Positions 36,942-48,048 of a stretch of 64,000 nt of DNA are shown here, piece by piece. Every line of letters begins with the position of its first letter. Positions within the stretch are counted from its first letter, which is position 1. Under the pieces are notes generated by a model. That model worked only from the letters and a program-made list of their open reading frames with translations. It was not told where the DNA came from and did no database searches. The DNA is from an uncultured Campylobacter sp. (GTDB lineage Bacteria > Campylobacterota > Campylobacteria > Campylobacterales > Campylobacteraceae), in contig CAUQNJ010000002.1 in assembly GCA_963519515.1 (NCBI GenBank), positions 51,953 through 115,952 of the forward strand, given 5' to 3'. The position numbers and the translations under genes were made by a program.

Positions 36942-36968
36942 TCGGCTGCGGAGCTTTTCTGCAGCCGA
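36942..36968 (+). terminator. stem-loop downstream of dps
   Basis: TCGGCTGC (36942-36949) pairs with GCAGCCGA (36961-36968), starting 8 nt after the stop codon. Confidence 0.5.
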
Positions 36969-37295
36969 GTCTAAATTTTAATCCTTTCAAAATTTATGGA
37001 GATGCATATCTCTAATCTGTATTATAAAATTCCAAAATTATCATTGTTATTTAAAATTGGCTACTAAAAATATCCAGTAAAATTCCAAGCTCAAAGACGA
37101 AATATAAATGCAATTTCGGCTAAACTAAATTTTATATTCTATGAGTACATCAATCGTATTGTGGCGTGTGTAAGGCGCGCCAAATTTAGGTAGTGCAGAA
37201 AAACACCGCTTTTTATGCTAAAATAACTGCGATATATCGGTAAAAATGTCCAGCCGTAAATTTGCTGGCATTGCAAAAAAACTATACTTTAGGAG

Positions 37296-37850
37296 TTGAA
37301 GTTGAGTGGATATATTTTACACCGAATTTGCGCGGGTTGTGGTGCGACAACGGAGTTTGAGATTGCCGCTCGCGATATGGCGTTTGGTCAATTTGATGAA
37401 GCGGTTGTTAGAGCTAAGTGCGAGAAATGTGGCAGTTGCGAGTGCAAGAAAGTATGGGGTAGTAATATAGCCATTGACTCGGAGTTATTAAACGAGTGGG
37501 GACAAAATGCGGAGTTGAAATTTTGCTATAGTCAGGAGAGTGTAATTGTAAGCGATGGTAAGGAGCAATTAATGCAGTATGAAAATGATGAGGACGTAAA
37601 TTTATGCGATTTCTGCGATTTTGAGCTGCTTTTGGCAAATTTAGAAAATGAAAATTTTTTACCGCAAAAGCGCGGTACCATCGCGTCCGCCCTTTGCACG
37701 GCGGCATATGATGAGAAAGATGACGCACGGCTAGAAAAGATGTATGAGCTTTTAACGGAGAACCGAGAAGCTATTGCGCGTTATAAGGAGTATATGTGGG
37801 ACTTCATCATAGAGTACATTTTTCCTAAAATCGGGCTTGAAGCAGAATAG
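37296..37850 (+). CDS. hypothetical protein with an N-terminal CxxC...CxxC zinc-ribbon-like motif
   Basis: 184-aa ORF (TTG start after TAGGAG) containing CAGC...CEKC. Flanked on both sides by about 300 nt of AT-rich non-coding DNA. Confidence 0.5.
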   Translation: MKLSGYILHRICAGCGATTEFEIAARDMAFGQFDEAVVRAKCEKCGSCECKKVWGSNIAIDSELLNEWGQNAELKFCYSQESVIVSDGKEQLMQYENDEDVNLCDFCDFELLLANLENENFLPQKRGTIASALCTAAYDEKDDARLEKMYELLTENREAIARYKEYMWDFIIEYIFPKIGLEAE

Positions 37851-38133
37851 AATTTCGCAGTTTTTCTAGTGTTGGCAAAAAAATCTACGTGCTATAAAAT
37901 TTTGACGGATTAAATTTACTGGGTAAAATTTTAATATGTTCTAAAATTCTGCCCAGTAAGTCCTTGTGCTTGTAATTTTACGCCAAGCAAAATTTTGTAA
38001 TTTACGAACTAAAATATATACTATAAAAATCCACATAAAACCTTGCCTGATAAGAATTTTGCATTACAAACCTTAACTTTTGCAGATTACATACTTCTCC
38101 GGCTAATTTTACAAGCTGAAAATTCTTGGGCGA

Positions 38134-38490
38134 TTAAAAATTATCCTTCGTATTTCGGTCGCTTACGTGATCCCACGGCAGCTTCATTCCGCCCAGGATA
38201 TGAAAGTGCAGATGCATCACCTCCTGCCCGCCGTTTTCGCCGCAGTTGCAAACAAGGCGGTATCCGCTCTTATCGAGCCCCATCGCCGCGGCTACCTCTT
38301 GGATAAAGGCGCTCATCTTCGCCATCACTTCAGGAGGCGTTACTTGGAAGTTTTCGTAGCATTTTTTAGGGATCGCCAGGATATGGATCGGTGCTTTTGG
38401 GTTGATGTCGTGGAAGGCCAAAAATTCATCGTTTTCCAGCACTTTGTTGCACGGGATTTCGCCGTTTACGATCTTTTCGAAGACGTTCAT
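38134..38490 (-). CDS. HIT-family nucleotide hydrolase
   Basis: I prefer the ATG at 38490 (AAAGGA RBS). Histidine triad HLHFHILGG. Confidence 0.9.
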   Translation of the reverse strand: MNVFEKIVNGEIPCNKVLENDEFLAFHDINPKAPIHILAIPKKCYENFQVTPPEVMAKMSAFIQEVAAAMGLDKSGYRLVCNCGENGGQEVMHLHFHILGGMKLPWDHVSDRNTKDNF

Positions 38491-38617
38491 TTTAGATCCT
38501 TTATGAGGTTGAAATTTAGCCGCGATTATAGCCAAAAAATCCAAACACGCAAATTTACCTAGCTTTTATCAAATTTTAACTACAATCGCGCCATTAATTT
38601 AACCACAAGGATAGAAT

Positions 38618-39613
38618 TTGCAAGAGATTAAAGCAAAAATAGACGCCGCATCGAGCCTAAGCGAGCTGGAAGCCGTGCGCTTGGAGCTTTTCGGCAAAAA
38701 AGGTATCATAACGGCGCTTTTTTCTGAGCTCAAATCCGCAGCGCCCGAGCAGAAAAAAGAGCTTGCCGTAAGTGCGAATGAAAAGTGCGATTATTTCAGC
38801 GAGCTCATCGCCGCAAAAAGGGCGAGCCTGGAAGAGGCGGAGCAAAAAGAGGCGATGAAAAATGAAGCGAGCGACGTCACGCTTTTTAACGAAAACGTAA
38901 GCTGCGGCGCGCTGCATCCGGTGATGGAGACGATGGATAAGATCATAGACTACTTCATCGCGCAAAATTTCAGCGTCGAAAGCGGCCCGCTCATCGAGGA
39001 CGACTTTCATAATTTTGAGGCGCTAAATTTACCCAAATACCACCCCGCGCGCGATATGCAAGATACGTTTTATCTGAACGACGGGCGGCTGCTACGCACG
39101 CATACCAGCGGCGTTCAGATTCGCACGATGGAGAAATTTAAAGCTCCGCCGGTGCGCATGATCGCCCCCGGCGCGGTCTTTCGCCGCGATATGGATCTAA
39201 CTCACACGCCTATGTTTCATCAAGTGGAGGGTCTCGTAGTCGAGCAGGGAGATCGCGTGAGCTTTGCGAATTTAAAATACGTTTTGGAGGAATTTTTGCG
39301 CTATATGTTCGGTAGCGTGCAGGTGCGCTTCCGTCCGAGCTTCTTTCCGTTCACGGAGCCGAGTACCGAGGTCGATATCAGCTGTATTTTCTGCCACGGC
39401 CACGGATGCCGCGTCTGTAAGCAGACGGGCTGGCTCGAGGTACTAGGCAGCGGCGTGGTCGATCCTAACGTCTTTAAGGCGGTAGGCTGGAAAAACGTCA
39501 GCGGATACGCATTCGGGCTCGGCGTCGAGCGCTTCGCGATGCTGCTGCACGGCATACCCGATCTGCGCTCGCTATTTGAAGGCGATATTAGATTATTGGA
39601 GCAGTTTAAATGA
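38618..39613 (+). CDS. pheS: phenylalanine--tRNA ligase alpha subunit
   Basis: TTG start after AAGGA. Class II motifs [11 protein letters not shown] and [18 protein letters not shown]. Confidence 0.95.
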   Translation: MQEIKAKIDAASSLSELEAVRLELFGKKGIITALFSELKSAAPEQKKELAVSANEKCDYFSELIAAKRASLEEAEQKEAMKNEASDVTLFNENVSCGALHPVMETMDKIIDYFIAQNFSVESGPLIEDDFHNFEALNLPKYHPARDMQDTFYLNDGRLLRTHTSGVQIRTMEKFKAPPVRMIAPGAVFRRDMDLTHTPMFHQVEGLVVEQGDRVSFANLKYVLEEFLRYMFGSVQVRFRPSFFPFTEPSTEVDISCIFCHGHGCRVCKQTGWLEVLGSGVVDPNVFKAVGWKNVSGYAFGLGVERFAMLLHGIPDLRSLFEGDIRLLEQFK

Positions 39614-41940
39614 TAATAACGAGAAATTGGCTACAGGACTGGATCGACGTAAAAGAAATTTCAAGCGAGAAGCTGGCCGCTACGCTAAATTCCATCGGTC
39701 TTGAGATCGACGCGCACGATAAAATTTCGCTTCCCAAAGGCGTCGTAGTAGGGCTCGTAAAAAGCAAACATCGCCACGAGAACTCCGATCATCTAAACGT
39801 CTGTGAGGTGGATGTCGGTAAGCAGAGCCTGCAGATCGTCTGCGGCGCGAAAAACGTCGAGGCGGGGCAATACGTCGCGGTTAGTCTGATCGGCACCGTG
39901 CTGCCTAGCGGTCTTGAGATAAAGCCTGCCAAACTTCGCGGAGTGGAGAGCTTCGGCATGATCTGCTCTGCGACCGAGCTTGGGCTTGCTAAGACGAATG
40001 ACGGCATTATGGTGCTTGATAGCAGCATCGGCGAGCTCGTACTCGGTAAGGAGCTGCGCGAGTATGAAATTTTTAACGACGACATTATCGAGATCGAGCT
40101 TACCGCTAATCGCGGCGACTGCCTTAGTATCTTAGGCATAGCGCGCGATCTGGGGGCTGCCTTGGATCTGCCGCTAAAAGTAAAGCAGGATTTTGAGGAC
40201 GCCGACGGCTTGCCCGGCATCGGTAGAATTCTAAGCGTGCGCGCAAGCGACGAAGTAAGAGCTAAATTTGCCTTCCGCGCCTTCGAGATCAAAAGCGCGC
40301 TGAAGCTAAATTTAAAGCAGACGCTGCGTCTTGCGAGCGCAGGGATACTGCAAGGATGCGCGGTGCAAAATTTCATCAATTACGCTACACACGCTACCGG
40401 CGTGCTGCTACGCGCTTATGATTTTGAAAAGATCGCTGCAGCGTCGGAAAAGCTCATGCTGGATATCAAGACTATGAAAAACGGCGAGTTCGGCGTTTAC
40501 GCGGGGCAGAAGCTTCTAGGCGTAGCGGGGATCTGCCAAGATGCGCAGCTTAAAGCAAATGCGGCCAGCAAAACCGTGATCGTCGAGGCAAGCTATACGA
40601 GTCCGCTACTCATCGCTAAAGCGGTAAACGAAGACAAAAGCTTAAAGGGCGACGAGCACGTGTATCGCTCGAGCAGAGGCAGCGAGCCGAAGCTAAGGGC
40701 GGGGCTCGATCTGCTATTTAGATTGCTCGTAAAAAACAGCGCCGTTAGCCTATATGCGGGCACGCAAAGGGTTTCAAACGCTTTGGAGCCGCTTATCGTG
40801 GGCTTTAGCGAAAAAGAGATAAACTCAATGATCGGCGCGCAAATTCCTCGCGATAAGATCGTAAAAATTTTAAAAAGGCTAGGCTTTGATGTGGGCGTCG
40901 AAGCCGATCTCATTACCGCCAAGGTGCCGCCTTTCCGCCACGATATCGTAAATTCCCACGACGTGTGCGAGGAGATCGTGCGTATCGTGGGCATCGACAA
41001 TATCGCCGCCGCACCGCTAAGCTTCTACGAAAAAAACCGCCTAAACGATACCTACGTAAATTTACAAAACGGGCGCAAGCTTCGCAATAAGGCGGCTGCA
41101 GTAGGATTTTTCGAGTGCGTGCATTATGTGTTTGATGACGGAAAGGCTCTGCAAAATTTAGGCTTTGCGCCGTGCAAGGTTAAAATTTTAAATCCGATCA
41201 ACGGCGAGCTGGACGCGCTAAGACCGACGCTGATTAATCATCTGCTAGAATCTGCTGAGCGAAATTTAAAGAATTCCCGCAGAAGCGTCAAGCTTTTTGA
41301 GCTAGGAGAGGTCTTTGACGAAAGTGGCGCGCAGAGCCTAAGGCTGGGCTTTATCGCTAGCGGACTAAAGGCGGAGCCCTCTATCGCGGCCGGCGCGAAA
41401 CCCGCCGCGGTGGATTTTTTGTATTTTGCAAATTTAATCCAAAGCGTCATCGGTAAATTTAATGTCAGGCTGCCTGGCGAAAATTTGAAATTTTTAAGCG
41501 AATTCGAGCAGGCGCAGATCGAGCAGGGCGGCGAAATAGTGGGCTTTATCGGGCGCGTGGATTACGCCGTAGAAGCGGGACGCGATCTGGATAAAAGCTA
41601 TCTGTGCGAGATCGATTTTTCCAAGCTTAAATTTAAAAATATCGTAGCGGACGCTTATTCGAAATTCCCTAGCGTATCGCGCGATCTAAGTATTTTGGTG
41701 CCGAGCAGAATGCGTTTCGAGCAGATCAAAGCGTGCATAGACGCCCTTAAAATCGAGGCGCTAAAGGAATTTATCCCGAGCGATCTTTACGGCGATGAAA
41801 GCCTGGGCGATTCAAAGAGCCTGACGATCAGGCTTGTATTTCAAGACCTTCAAAAAACGCTCTGCGACGAGGAAGTGGCGGGCTTTACCGATAAAATTTT
41901 AGCCGCTCTTAGCAGCGAGCTAGGACTTGGGCTGCGATGA
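39610..41940 (+). CDS. pheT: phenylalanine--tRNA ligase beta subunit
   Basis: ATGA overlap with pheS. 776 aa with N-terminal tRNA-binding, B3/B4, B5 and C-terminal FDX-ACB-like regions. Confidence 0.95.
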   Translation: MIITRNWLQDWIDVKEISSEKLAATLNSIGLEIDAHDKISLPKGVVVGLVKSKHRHENSDHLNVCEVDVGKQSLQIVCGAKNVEAGQYVAVSLIGTVLPSGLEIKPAKLRGVESFGMICSATELGLAKTNDGIMVLDSSIGELVLGKELREYEIFNDDIIEIELTANRGDCLSILGIARDLGAALDLPLKVKQDFEDADGLPGIGRILSVRASDEVRAKFAFRAFEIKSALKLNLKQTLRLASAGILQGCAVQNFINYATHATGVLLRAYDFEKIAAASEKLMLDIKTMKNGEFGVYAGQKLLGVAGICQDAQLKANAASKTVIVEASYTSPLLIAKAVNEDKSLKGDEHVYRSSRGSEPKLRAGLDLLFRLLVKNSAVSLYAGTQRVSNALEPLIVGFSEKEINSMIGAQIPRDKIVKILKRLGFDVGVEADLITAKVPPFRHDIVNSHDVCEEIVRIVGIDNIAAAPLSFYEKNRLNDTYVNLQNGRKLRNKAAAVGFFECVHYVFDDGKALQNLGFAPCKVKILNPINGELDALRPTLINHLLESAERNLKNSRRSVKLFELGEVFDESGAQSLRLGFIASGLKAEPSIAAGAKPAAVDFLYFANLIQSVIGKFNVRLPGENLKFLSEFEQAQIEQGGEIVGFIGRVDYAVEAGRDLDKSYLCEIDFSKLKFKNIVADAYSKFPSVSRDLSILVPSRMRFEQIKACIDALKIEALKEFIPSDLYGDESLGDSKSLTIRLVFQDLQKTLCDEEVAGFTDKILAALSSELGLGLR

Positions 41941-43211
41941 GAATTTTTGCGCAAGCGGGCCCTTTGCGAGCGGAGATCTCAAACATCGCCGCGGATAAAT
42001 CGATCTCGCATCGTGCGGCGATCTTTTCGCTGCTAGCGGAAGGGACGAGTAAAATTTCAAACTATCTAGCCGCCGAGGATACGCTAAATACGCTAAAGAT
42101 CGTGGAGCTTTTGGGCGCTTGCGTGCAGCGCGTAGAGGGCGAAATTTTAATCACTCCGCCGGAGGTTATCAAAGAGCCTAACGTTCCGCTTGATTGCGGC
42201 AACTCGGGTACGGCGATGCGGCTATTTATGGGCTTTTTGGCGGGACGCGAGGGCTTTTTCGTGCTGTGCGGCGATCGGTATCTAAGCGAGCGCCCGATGA
42301 GGCGCGTTGCGGATCCGCTTTGCAAAGTAGGCGCTAAAATTTACGGGCGTCAAGGCGGCGAAAAGGCGCCTATTGCGGTGCTGGGGCAAAAGCTTGGGTA
42401 TTTTGAATACGCGAGTAAGATTGCGTCCGCGCAGGTAAAGACCGCTCTAATTTTAGCGGCCTTGCGCGGCAGCGGGTGCAGGTTTAGCGAGCCCGAGCTT
42501 AGCCGTGATCACAGCGAGCGGATGCTAAAAGCGATGGGTGCGCAAATTTCGCGAAACGACCTTGCGATCGAAGTCGCGCCGCTTAGCTCGCCGCTTAAAC
42601 CGCTTGAAATTTTTATCCCAAACGATCCAAGCTCGGCGTTTTTTTTCGCCGTCGCCGCAGCGATAATCCCTGGCTCGCGCATCGTGCTAAAAAATATGCT
42701 GCTAAACAAAACCCGCATAGAGGCGTATGAAATTTTAAAACGCATGGGCGCCGAGGTTAAATTTAATAAAACGAGCGAAATTTACGAGCAGATCGGCGAT
42801 ATAGAGGTCGCTTACGCGCCGCTTCACGCCGTAGAGGTAAGTGAAAACATCTCGTGGCTGATAGACGAAGCGCCGGCGCTTGCGATTGCCTTTGCATGCG
42901 CGCAGGGAAGTAGCGTGCTTAAAAACGCCGCCGAGCTGCGCGTAAAGGAGTGCGACCGCATAAAGGTAACCTGCGAAGGGCTTCGCGCTTGCGGTATTAA
43001 GGCGCGCGAGCTACAGGACGGCTGGCAGATCGAAGGCGGCGAGGCGAACGCGGCTATCATCACGCCGTGCGGAGATCACCGCATCGCGATGAGCTTTGCG
43101 ATTTTGGGCTTAAGATCTGGGATGATCATCGAAGATAGCGATTGTATCGCGACGTCGTTTCCGAACTTCGCCGCGATTTTAAGACAGATCGGGGCCGGCG
43201 TTGAAGATTGA
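41937..43211 (+). CDS. aroA: 3-phosphoshikimate 1-carboxyvinyltransferase (EPSP synthase)
   Basis: DKSISHRA...CGNSGTAMRLF...ERPM...DHRIAMSFAI motifs. Confidence 0.95.
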   Translation: MRIFAQAGPLRAEISNIAADKSISHRAAIFSLLAEGTSKISNYLAAEDTLNTLKIVELLGACVQRVEGEILITPPEVIKEPNVPLDCGNSGTAMRLFMGFLAGREGFFVLCGDRYLSERPMRRVADPLCKVGAKIYGRQGGEKAPIAVLGQKLGYFEYASKIASAQVKTALILAALRGSGCRFSEPELSRDHSERMLKAMGAQISRNDLAIEVAPLSSPLKPLEIFIPNDPSSAFFFAVAAAIIPGSRIVLKNMLLNKTRIEAYEILKRMGAEVKFNKTSEIYEQIGDIEVAYAPLHAVEVSENISWLIDEAPALAIAFACAQGSSVLKNAAELRVKECDRIKVTCEGLRACGIKARELQDGWQIEGGEANAAIITPCGDHRIAMSFAILGLRSGMIIEDSDCIATSFPNFAAILRQIGAGVED

Positions 43212-44037
43212 GATGGCCAAAAGCTACGGCTTTTGCTTCGGCGTCAAGCGCGCGATCAAGATCGCAGAAAGCGCCGGCGAGGCCGCTACGATCGGCGAAC
43301 TGATACATAACGCCGAAGAGATTAACCGTTTAAAGCAAAATTTCGGCGTCAAAACCCTGGAGGGCGTTAGCGAGATCACTGACGAGCAAAAGCTCATCAT
43401 CCGCACCCACGGCATCCAAAAGGACGATCTGCAAAGATTAAAGGCGCAAAATAAAGAGCTCATCGACGCTACCTGCCCCTTCGTGACCAAGCCGCAGCAG
43501 ATCGTAGAAAAGATGAGCGCGGAGGGCTACGACATCGTGATCTTCGGCGATAAAAACCATCCCGAGGTAAAGGGGGTGAAATCCTACGCCAAAGGAAGAG
43601 TATATGTAGTGCTGGAGCCTGCGGAGTTACTACAGATCAAGCTCGGCTCGCGCGTCGCGCTCGTTTCGCAGACTACGAAAAAGATAGAAAATTTTACTAA
43701 AATCGCGGATTTTTTGATGCAGCGCGCGAGGGAGCTGAGAATTTTTAATACGATTTGCAATGCGACGCTGGAAAATCAAGAGGCGGTAAAAAGCCTGTCG
43801 CAAAAGGCCGATGTGATGATAATCGTAGGCGGGAAAAATTCCTCCAACACCAAGCAGCTTTTTTTAATTTCGCAAAATTTTTGCAAAGACAGCTACCTTA
43901 TAGAAAACGAAAACGAGCTTGAGCGCTCGTGGTTTGAAAATAAAAGCCTCTGCGGCATCTCCGCAGGAGCTAGCACGCCTGATTGGATTATCAAAAAAGT
44001 AGTAGCGAGAATCGAAAATTTAACGCAGAATTTATAA
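43201..44037 (+). CDS. ispH: 4-hydroxy-3-methylbut-2-enyl diphosphate reductase
   Basis: TTG start gives MKIEMAKSYGFCFGVKRAI (Campylobacter-type N-terminus). Conserved Cys residues in CFGV, ATCPFV and TICNAT. Confidence 0.9.
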   Translation: MKIEMAKSYGFCFGVKRAIKIAESAGEAATIGELIHNAEEINRLKQNFGVKTLEGVSEITDEQKLIIRTHGIQKDDLQRLKAQNKELIDATCPFVTKPQQIVEKMSAEGYDIVIFGDKNHPEVKGVKSYAKGRVYVVLEPAELLQIKLGSRVALVSQTTKKIENFTKIADFLMQRARELRIFNTICNATLENQEAVKSLSQKADVMIIVGGKNSSNTKQLFLISQNFCKDSYLIENENELERSWFENKSLCGISAGASTPDWIIKKVVARIENLTQNL

Positions 44038-44149
44038 GCCCTCTTATCAAATTTACTCTTAGAAATTTATCAAATCGAAAGCAAATTTTGGCTAGAATCG
44101 CGCATTTTAGTTCTTTTCAAAAAAGCACAAATAAATTTAAAGGAAGCAT

Positions 44150-45817
44150 ATGGCTGAGGTGAACGAGAAGGTTCAAAACCACGCAGAGGAAGATTTTGCG
44201 ACATTGTTAGAGGAGTATGACGCCCAAAAGTCTCGAGATGAGGTCGTCACAGGTAAGGTTATCGCCCTTAAGGACGGCGAGGTTTTCATAGACGTAGGTA
44301 GGAAGTCGGAGGGCATTTTAGACGCCGCCGAGGTTAGCGACGAGCAAGGAAACCCGCAGGTTAACGTAGGAGATGACATCAAAGTCGCTATTATCGGAAG
44401 CAGAGGCGGTCGCCCGGTCGTATCGTATAAAAAGGCTCTAAAGAAGGAAAAAGTAAAGGCGTTCATCGACTCCTATGATGAAAACGCAGAAAATATCTAT
44501 GACGTTAAAATTTTATCGTTTAATAAGGGCGGCTACGTTTGCGCCAACGCAGACGACGTGGAATTTTTTATGCCTCGCTCGCAAAGCGCGCTTAAAAACC
44601 CAAACGGCGCCATCGGCAAAAATTTCAAAGTAAAGATCATCAAGGTTGATAGAGATGAGCAAAGCGTCGTCGTATCGCGCAAGAAACTACTTGATGAGGA
44701 TCGTAAAGCAAGCAAAGAAGCGATCGAAAAGGTAGTCGCTACCGAGGGCATCATCGAGGGTATCGTTAAAAAGATCACTACCTACGGTATGTTTGTAGAC
44801 GTAGGCGGCGTGGACGGACTCGTACACTACAGCGAAATTTCATACAAAGGTCCGGTAAATCCAAGCTCGCTCTACAAAGAGGGTGATAAGGTTCCGGTTA
44901 AAGTTATCAAATACGACAACGATAAAAAGCACCTCTCTCTTTCGATCAAAGAGGCGATGCCCGATCCTTGGAACGAGATCAAGGATAGCCTGGAAGTAGG
45001 TGACACTATCCGCGTAAAAGTAAGTAATATCGAGCCTTACGGCGCGTTTGTCGATCTTGGCAACGACATCGAGGGTTTTTTGCATATCAGCGAAATTTCG
45101 TGGGATAAAAATATCAAAAATCCGAAAGATTTCATCAGCGAGGGCGAGGAGCTTGATGTCGAGGTTGTAGAGATCAACCCTAGCGAGCGCAGGCTGCGCG
45201 TGAGCCTTAAAAATTTACTCACCAAGCCGTTTGACGAGTTCGTTGCTAAATATAAAGTAGGCGATGTGCTAAAAGGCAGCGTCACTACGATTACAAATTT
45301 TGGTGCGTTTGTGAGGATCGACGGCGTAGAGGGACTTTTGCATAACGAGGACGCTTCGTGGGATCGCGGCGAGAAGTGTAAAAATTTATTCAAAGTGGGC
45401 GACGAGATCGAAGTTAAGATTATCAAGATCGACAAAGACACTCAAAAAATTTCTCTAAATCACAAAGAGCTCGGCGATAGCCCGATTAGCGATTACGCCA
45501 AGAGCCACAATCAAGGCGATGTCGTAAAAGGCAAGATCCGCGATATTAAAGAGTTTGGAATTTTTGTCGAGCTCGGAGGCGGTATCGACGCGCTTATTCG
45601 CAAGGAAGATCTTGGCAACGTAAGCGTAGATAGCCTAAAAGTGGGCGACGAGATCGAGGCTGCGATCGCCTTTATCGACGAGAAGAAAAATAGAATTCGC
45701 CTAAGCGTGCGCAGACTGGCTCATCAGAAGGAGCGCGAGGCGCTAAACGAGATCAATAGCAACGACGACGAGAAGCAAAGCCTAGGGGATCTGATCAAAG
45801 ATCAACTAAATAAATAA
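44150..45817 (+). CDS. rpsA: 30S ribosomal protein S1
   Basis: 555 aa with six repeated S1 domains (e.g. GIVKKITTYGMFVDVGGVDGLVH). Confidence 0.95.
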   Translation: MAEVNEKVQNHAEEDFATLLEEYDAQKSRDEVVTGKVIALKDGEVFIDVGRKSEGILDAAEVSDEQGNPQVNVGDDIKVAIIGSRGGRPVVSYKKALKKEKVKAFIDSYDENAENIYDVKILSFNKGGYVCANADDVEFFMPRSQSALKNPNGAIGKNFKVKIIKVDRDEQSVVVSRKKLLDEDRKASKEAIEKVVATEGIIEGIVKKITTYGMFVDVGGVDGLVHYSEISYKGPVNPSSLYKEGDKVPVKVIKYDNDKKHLSLSIKEAMPDPWNEIKDSLEVGDTIRVKVSNIEPYGAFVDLGNDIEGFLHISEISWDKNIKNPKDFISEGEELDVEVVEINPSERRLRVSLKNLLTKPFDEFVAKYKVGDVLKGSVTTITNFGAFVRIDGVEGLLHNEDASWDRGEKCKNLFKVGDEIEVKIIKIDKDTQKISLNHKELGDSPISDYAKSHNQGDVVKGKIRDIKEFGIFVELGGGIDALIRKEDLGNVSVDSLKVGDEIEAAIAFIDEKKNRIRLSVRRLAHQKEREALNEINSNDDEKQSLGDLIKDQLNK

Positions 45818-45824
45818 AACTCTT

Positions 45825-45850
45825 TCCGCAAGGCATCTCCGCCTTGCGGA
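45825..45850 (+). terminator. perfect 10-bp stem-loop after rpsA
   Basis: TCCGCAAGGC (45825-45834), a 6-nt loop, then GCCTTGCGGA (45841-45850). No U-tract follows. Confidence 0.5.
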
Positions 45851-45873
45851 CCTACTTCAAAAGGTTAAATTTA

Positions 45874-47451
45874 ATGAAAACTATCATAGTCTGCGACGCA
45901 ATCCACAAAATCGGTTTTGATCTGCTTAAGCAGGAATCGGACGTTAAGGTAATCGACGCTACGAACGTGCCCAAGAGCGAGCTATACGGAATTTTAGGCG
46001 ATGCGGACGTTGCGATTACCAGAAGCTCTACGGCGGTGGATGAGAAATTCCTTGGCGCTGGCACCAAGCTAAAAGCGATCGTGCGCGCGGGCGTGGGCGT
46101 CGATAACTGCGACATCGACGGCTGCTCCAAGCGCGGCATTATTTTGATGAACGTACCTACCGCAAACACCATCGCCGCAGTAGAAATGACCATGTGCCAC
46201 CTACTAAATGCGGCGCGCAAATATGTAAATTCCTGCAATGATCTGAAAATTAATAGAATTTGGAAACGCGAGAAATGGTACGGCACCGAGCTTTATAAAA
46301 AGAGCCTCGGCATCATCGGCTTTGGAAACATCGGCTCGCGCGTGGGGGTGCGCGCGCTCGCGTTTGGGATGAACGTCATCGCCTATGATCCATATATCGA
46401 GCCTGAGAAGGCCACGAAGCTCGGGGTAAAATATACGAAAAATTTCGACGAAATTTTATCTTGCGACTTCATCACGATCCATACGCCGAAAAATCAAGAG
46501 ACGATAAATATGATCGATGAGCCGCAAATAGCGAAGATGAAAGACGGCGTGCGCCTAATAAACTGCGCTAGAGGCGGGCTGTATAATGAAAAAGCGCTCG
46601 CAAACAATTTGCGCAGCGGCAAGATCGCATATCTCGGCATCGACGTGTTCGACAAAGAGCCTGCGACCGATCACGAGCTTTTGGATATCGAAATTTTAAG
46701 CGCGACTCCGCATCTTGGCGCAAACACGCTCGAATCGCAAAGCAATATCGCCAGGGAAGCCGCAGAGCAGGCGATCAGCGCCGCGCGTGGCTTGAACTAT
46801 CCAAACGCTTTAAATTTGCCGCTTAAGCTCGAGGATCTGCCGCGCGGTATCGAGCCGTATATAAATTTGGTCTCGAAAATGGCCTATCTTGCGGCGCAGA
46901 TCAATAAAGGCCCGATCAAATCGATCACGATCGAGGGCAGCGGCGAGGTGGTGCAGTATCTAAAATCGATGCTCGTTTTTGCGATCGTAGGCGCGCTGCA
47001 CGATTCTTTGGGCGATTCGCTAAATTACGTCAATGCTAAATTTCTTGCAGATGAAAAGGGGATCGAGACGAGCTTCGGCGAGCTTGCAAACAGCGTCTAT
47101 AAAAGCGAGATCGCGGTAAAAATTATGACCGACGAGGCGATCTCAAACGTCGCGGGCACGGTCTTTGACGGCAGCGAGGAGCGTATCGTAAATATCGGCG
47201 GATTTAAGACCGATTTTAAGCCGAAGGGCAAGATGATAATCTTCAAAAACACCGACGTGCCGGGCGTTATCAAATCCGTAAGCACGATCCTAGCCGACGA
47301 AAACATCAATATCGCGGACTTCCGCTTGGGCAGAGGCGAGGAGGGGGATGCTTTGGCGGTCATTTTGGTCGATTCCGAAGTACAAAAAACTACGCTTGAT
47401 AAGCTGGCAGCGCTTCAAACCTGCCTAATGGTGCGCTACGCGGCGCTTTAA
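45874..47451 (+). CDS. serA: D-3-phosphoglycerate dehydrogenase
   Basis: I prefer the ATG at 45874 (MKTIIVCD). NAD motif GIIGFGNIGSRVG, catalytic ARG...HLG pattern, C-terminal ACT domain. Confidence 0.9.
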   Translation: MKTIIVCDAIHKIGFDLLKQESDVKVIDATNVPKSELYGILGDADVAITRSSTAVDEKFLGAGTKLKAIVRAGVGVDNCDIDGCSKRGIILMNVPTANTIAAVEMTMCHLLNAARKYVNSCNDLKINRIWKREKWYGTELYKKSLGIIGFGNIGSRVGVRALAFGMNVIAYDPYIEPEKATKLGVKYTKNFDEILSCDFITIHTPKNQETINMIDEPQIAKMKDGVRLINCARGGLYNEKALANNLRSGKIAYLGIDVFDKEPATDHELLDIEILSATPHLGANTLESQSNIAREAAEQAISAARGLNYPNALNLPLKLEDLPRGIEPYINLVSKMAYLAAQINKGPIKSITIEGSGEVVQYLKSMLVFAIVGALHDSLGDSLNYVNAKFLADEKGIETSFGELANSVYKSEIAVKIMTDEAISNVAGTVFDGSEERIVNIGGFKTDFKPKGKMIIFKNTDVPGVIKSVSTILADENINIADFRLGRGEEGDALAVILVDSEVQKTTLDKLAALQTCLMVRYAAL

Positions 47452-47466
47452 TATTTTCCCGCTTAG

Positions 47467-47491
47467 GAGGCGGAATTTTAAATTTCGCCTC
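47467..47491 (+). terminator. GC-clamped AAATTT-core hairpin after serA
   Basis: GAGGCGGAATTTTAAATTTCGCCTC. The outer arms GAGGCG(G)/CGCCTC pair, with an AT-rich centre. It lies 16 nt after the stop codon. Confidence 0.45.
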
Positions 47492-48048
47492 ATCCAATTC
47501 TTTATAATTTAAATTTACAATCCAGTTTACGATGGTGTTTTATGAGACGATGCAAGAACGCGTGGCGAGGATTTTGCGAAATTTGACGTAACGTGCAGGC
47601 AAGCGCTTGCGATACGTTGCGACATGCGCTCGGCAGATACGTTTTGGCTCACGGCTTTTGCAAACGCCGCGTGCGCTTTAAATTTAACTCTCGCCGTGAG
47701 CTTGCTTTTAAATTTAAATTTCATCCTTGTAGATCTGCTTTTAAATTTCATCATCGCGGGCGCTGCCGATTAAATTTTGCCGCTATGCAGGTTTGGCACT
47801 AAAAGCTAGAGGCTGCGATGCGAAACGCGGTCAAATTTTATAAATTTTTAGACACGGAGGGTGCTTTTGCTTTAAATTTATTAGCGGGTGCTTCATCTCT
47901 CTAATCGTATCGCCCGTTTAAATTTAGGCGGCTGCCGAGAGATTGCGCCGCTGATTAAATTTTACGTTTTGCCGAAATTATGCTTCGCCGAAAAATTCCG
48001 CCCGGCCTAAATTTAGTCGATGCAAAATTTCAGCCGCAATGCGCCATG

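Noticed and set aside
39789-40379. Long antisense ORFs inside well-supported genes (also 18495-19073 in the U32 gene, 4769-5137 and 4866-5120 in kdsA, 50203-50835 in the NicO fusion, 45852-46286 in serA, 13265-13565 in the NYN-like gene)
   Set aside because: These are shadow ORFs opposite conserved coding frames in GC-rich or low-complexity DNA. None has a recognisable motif.
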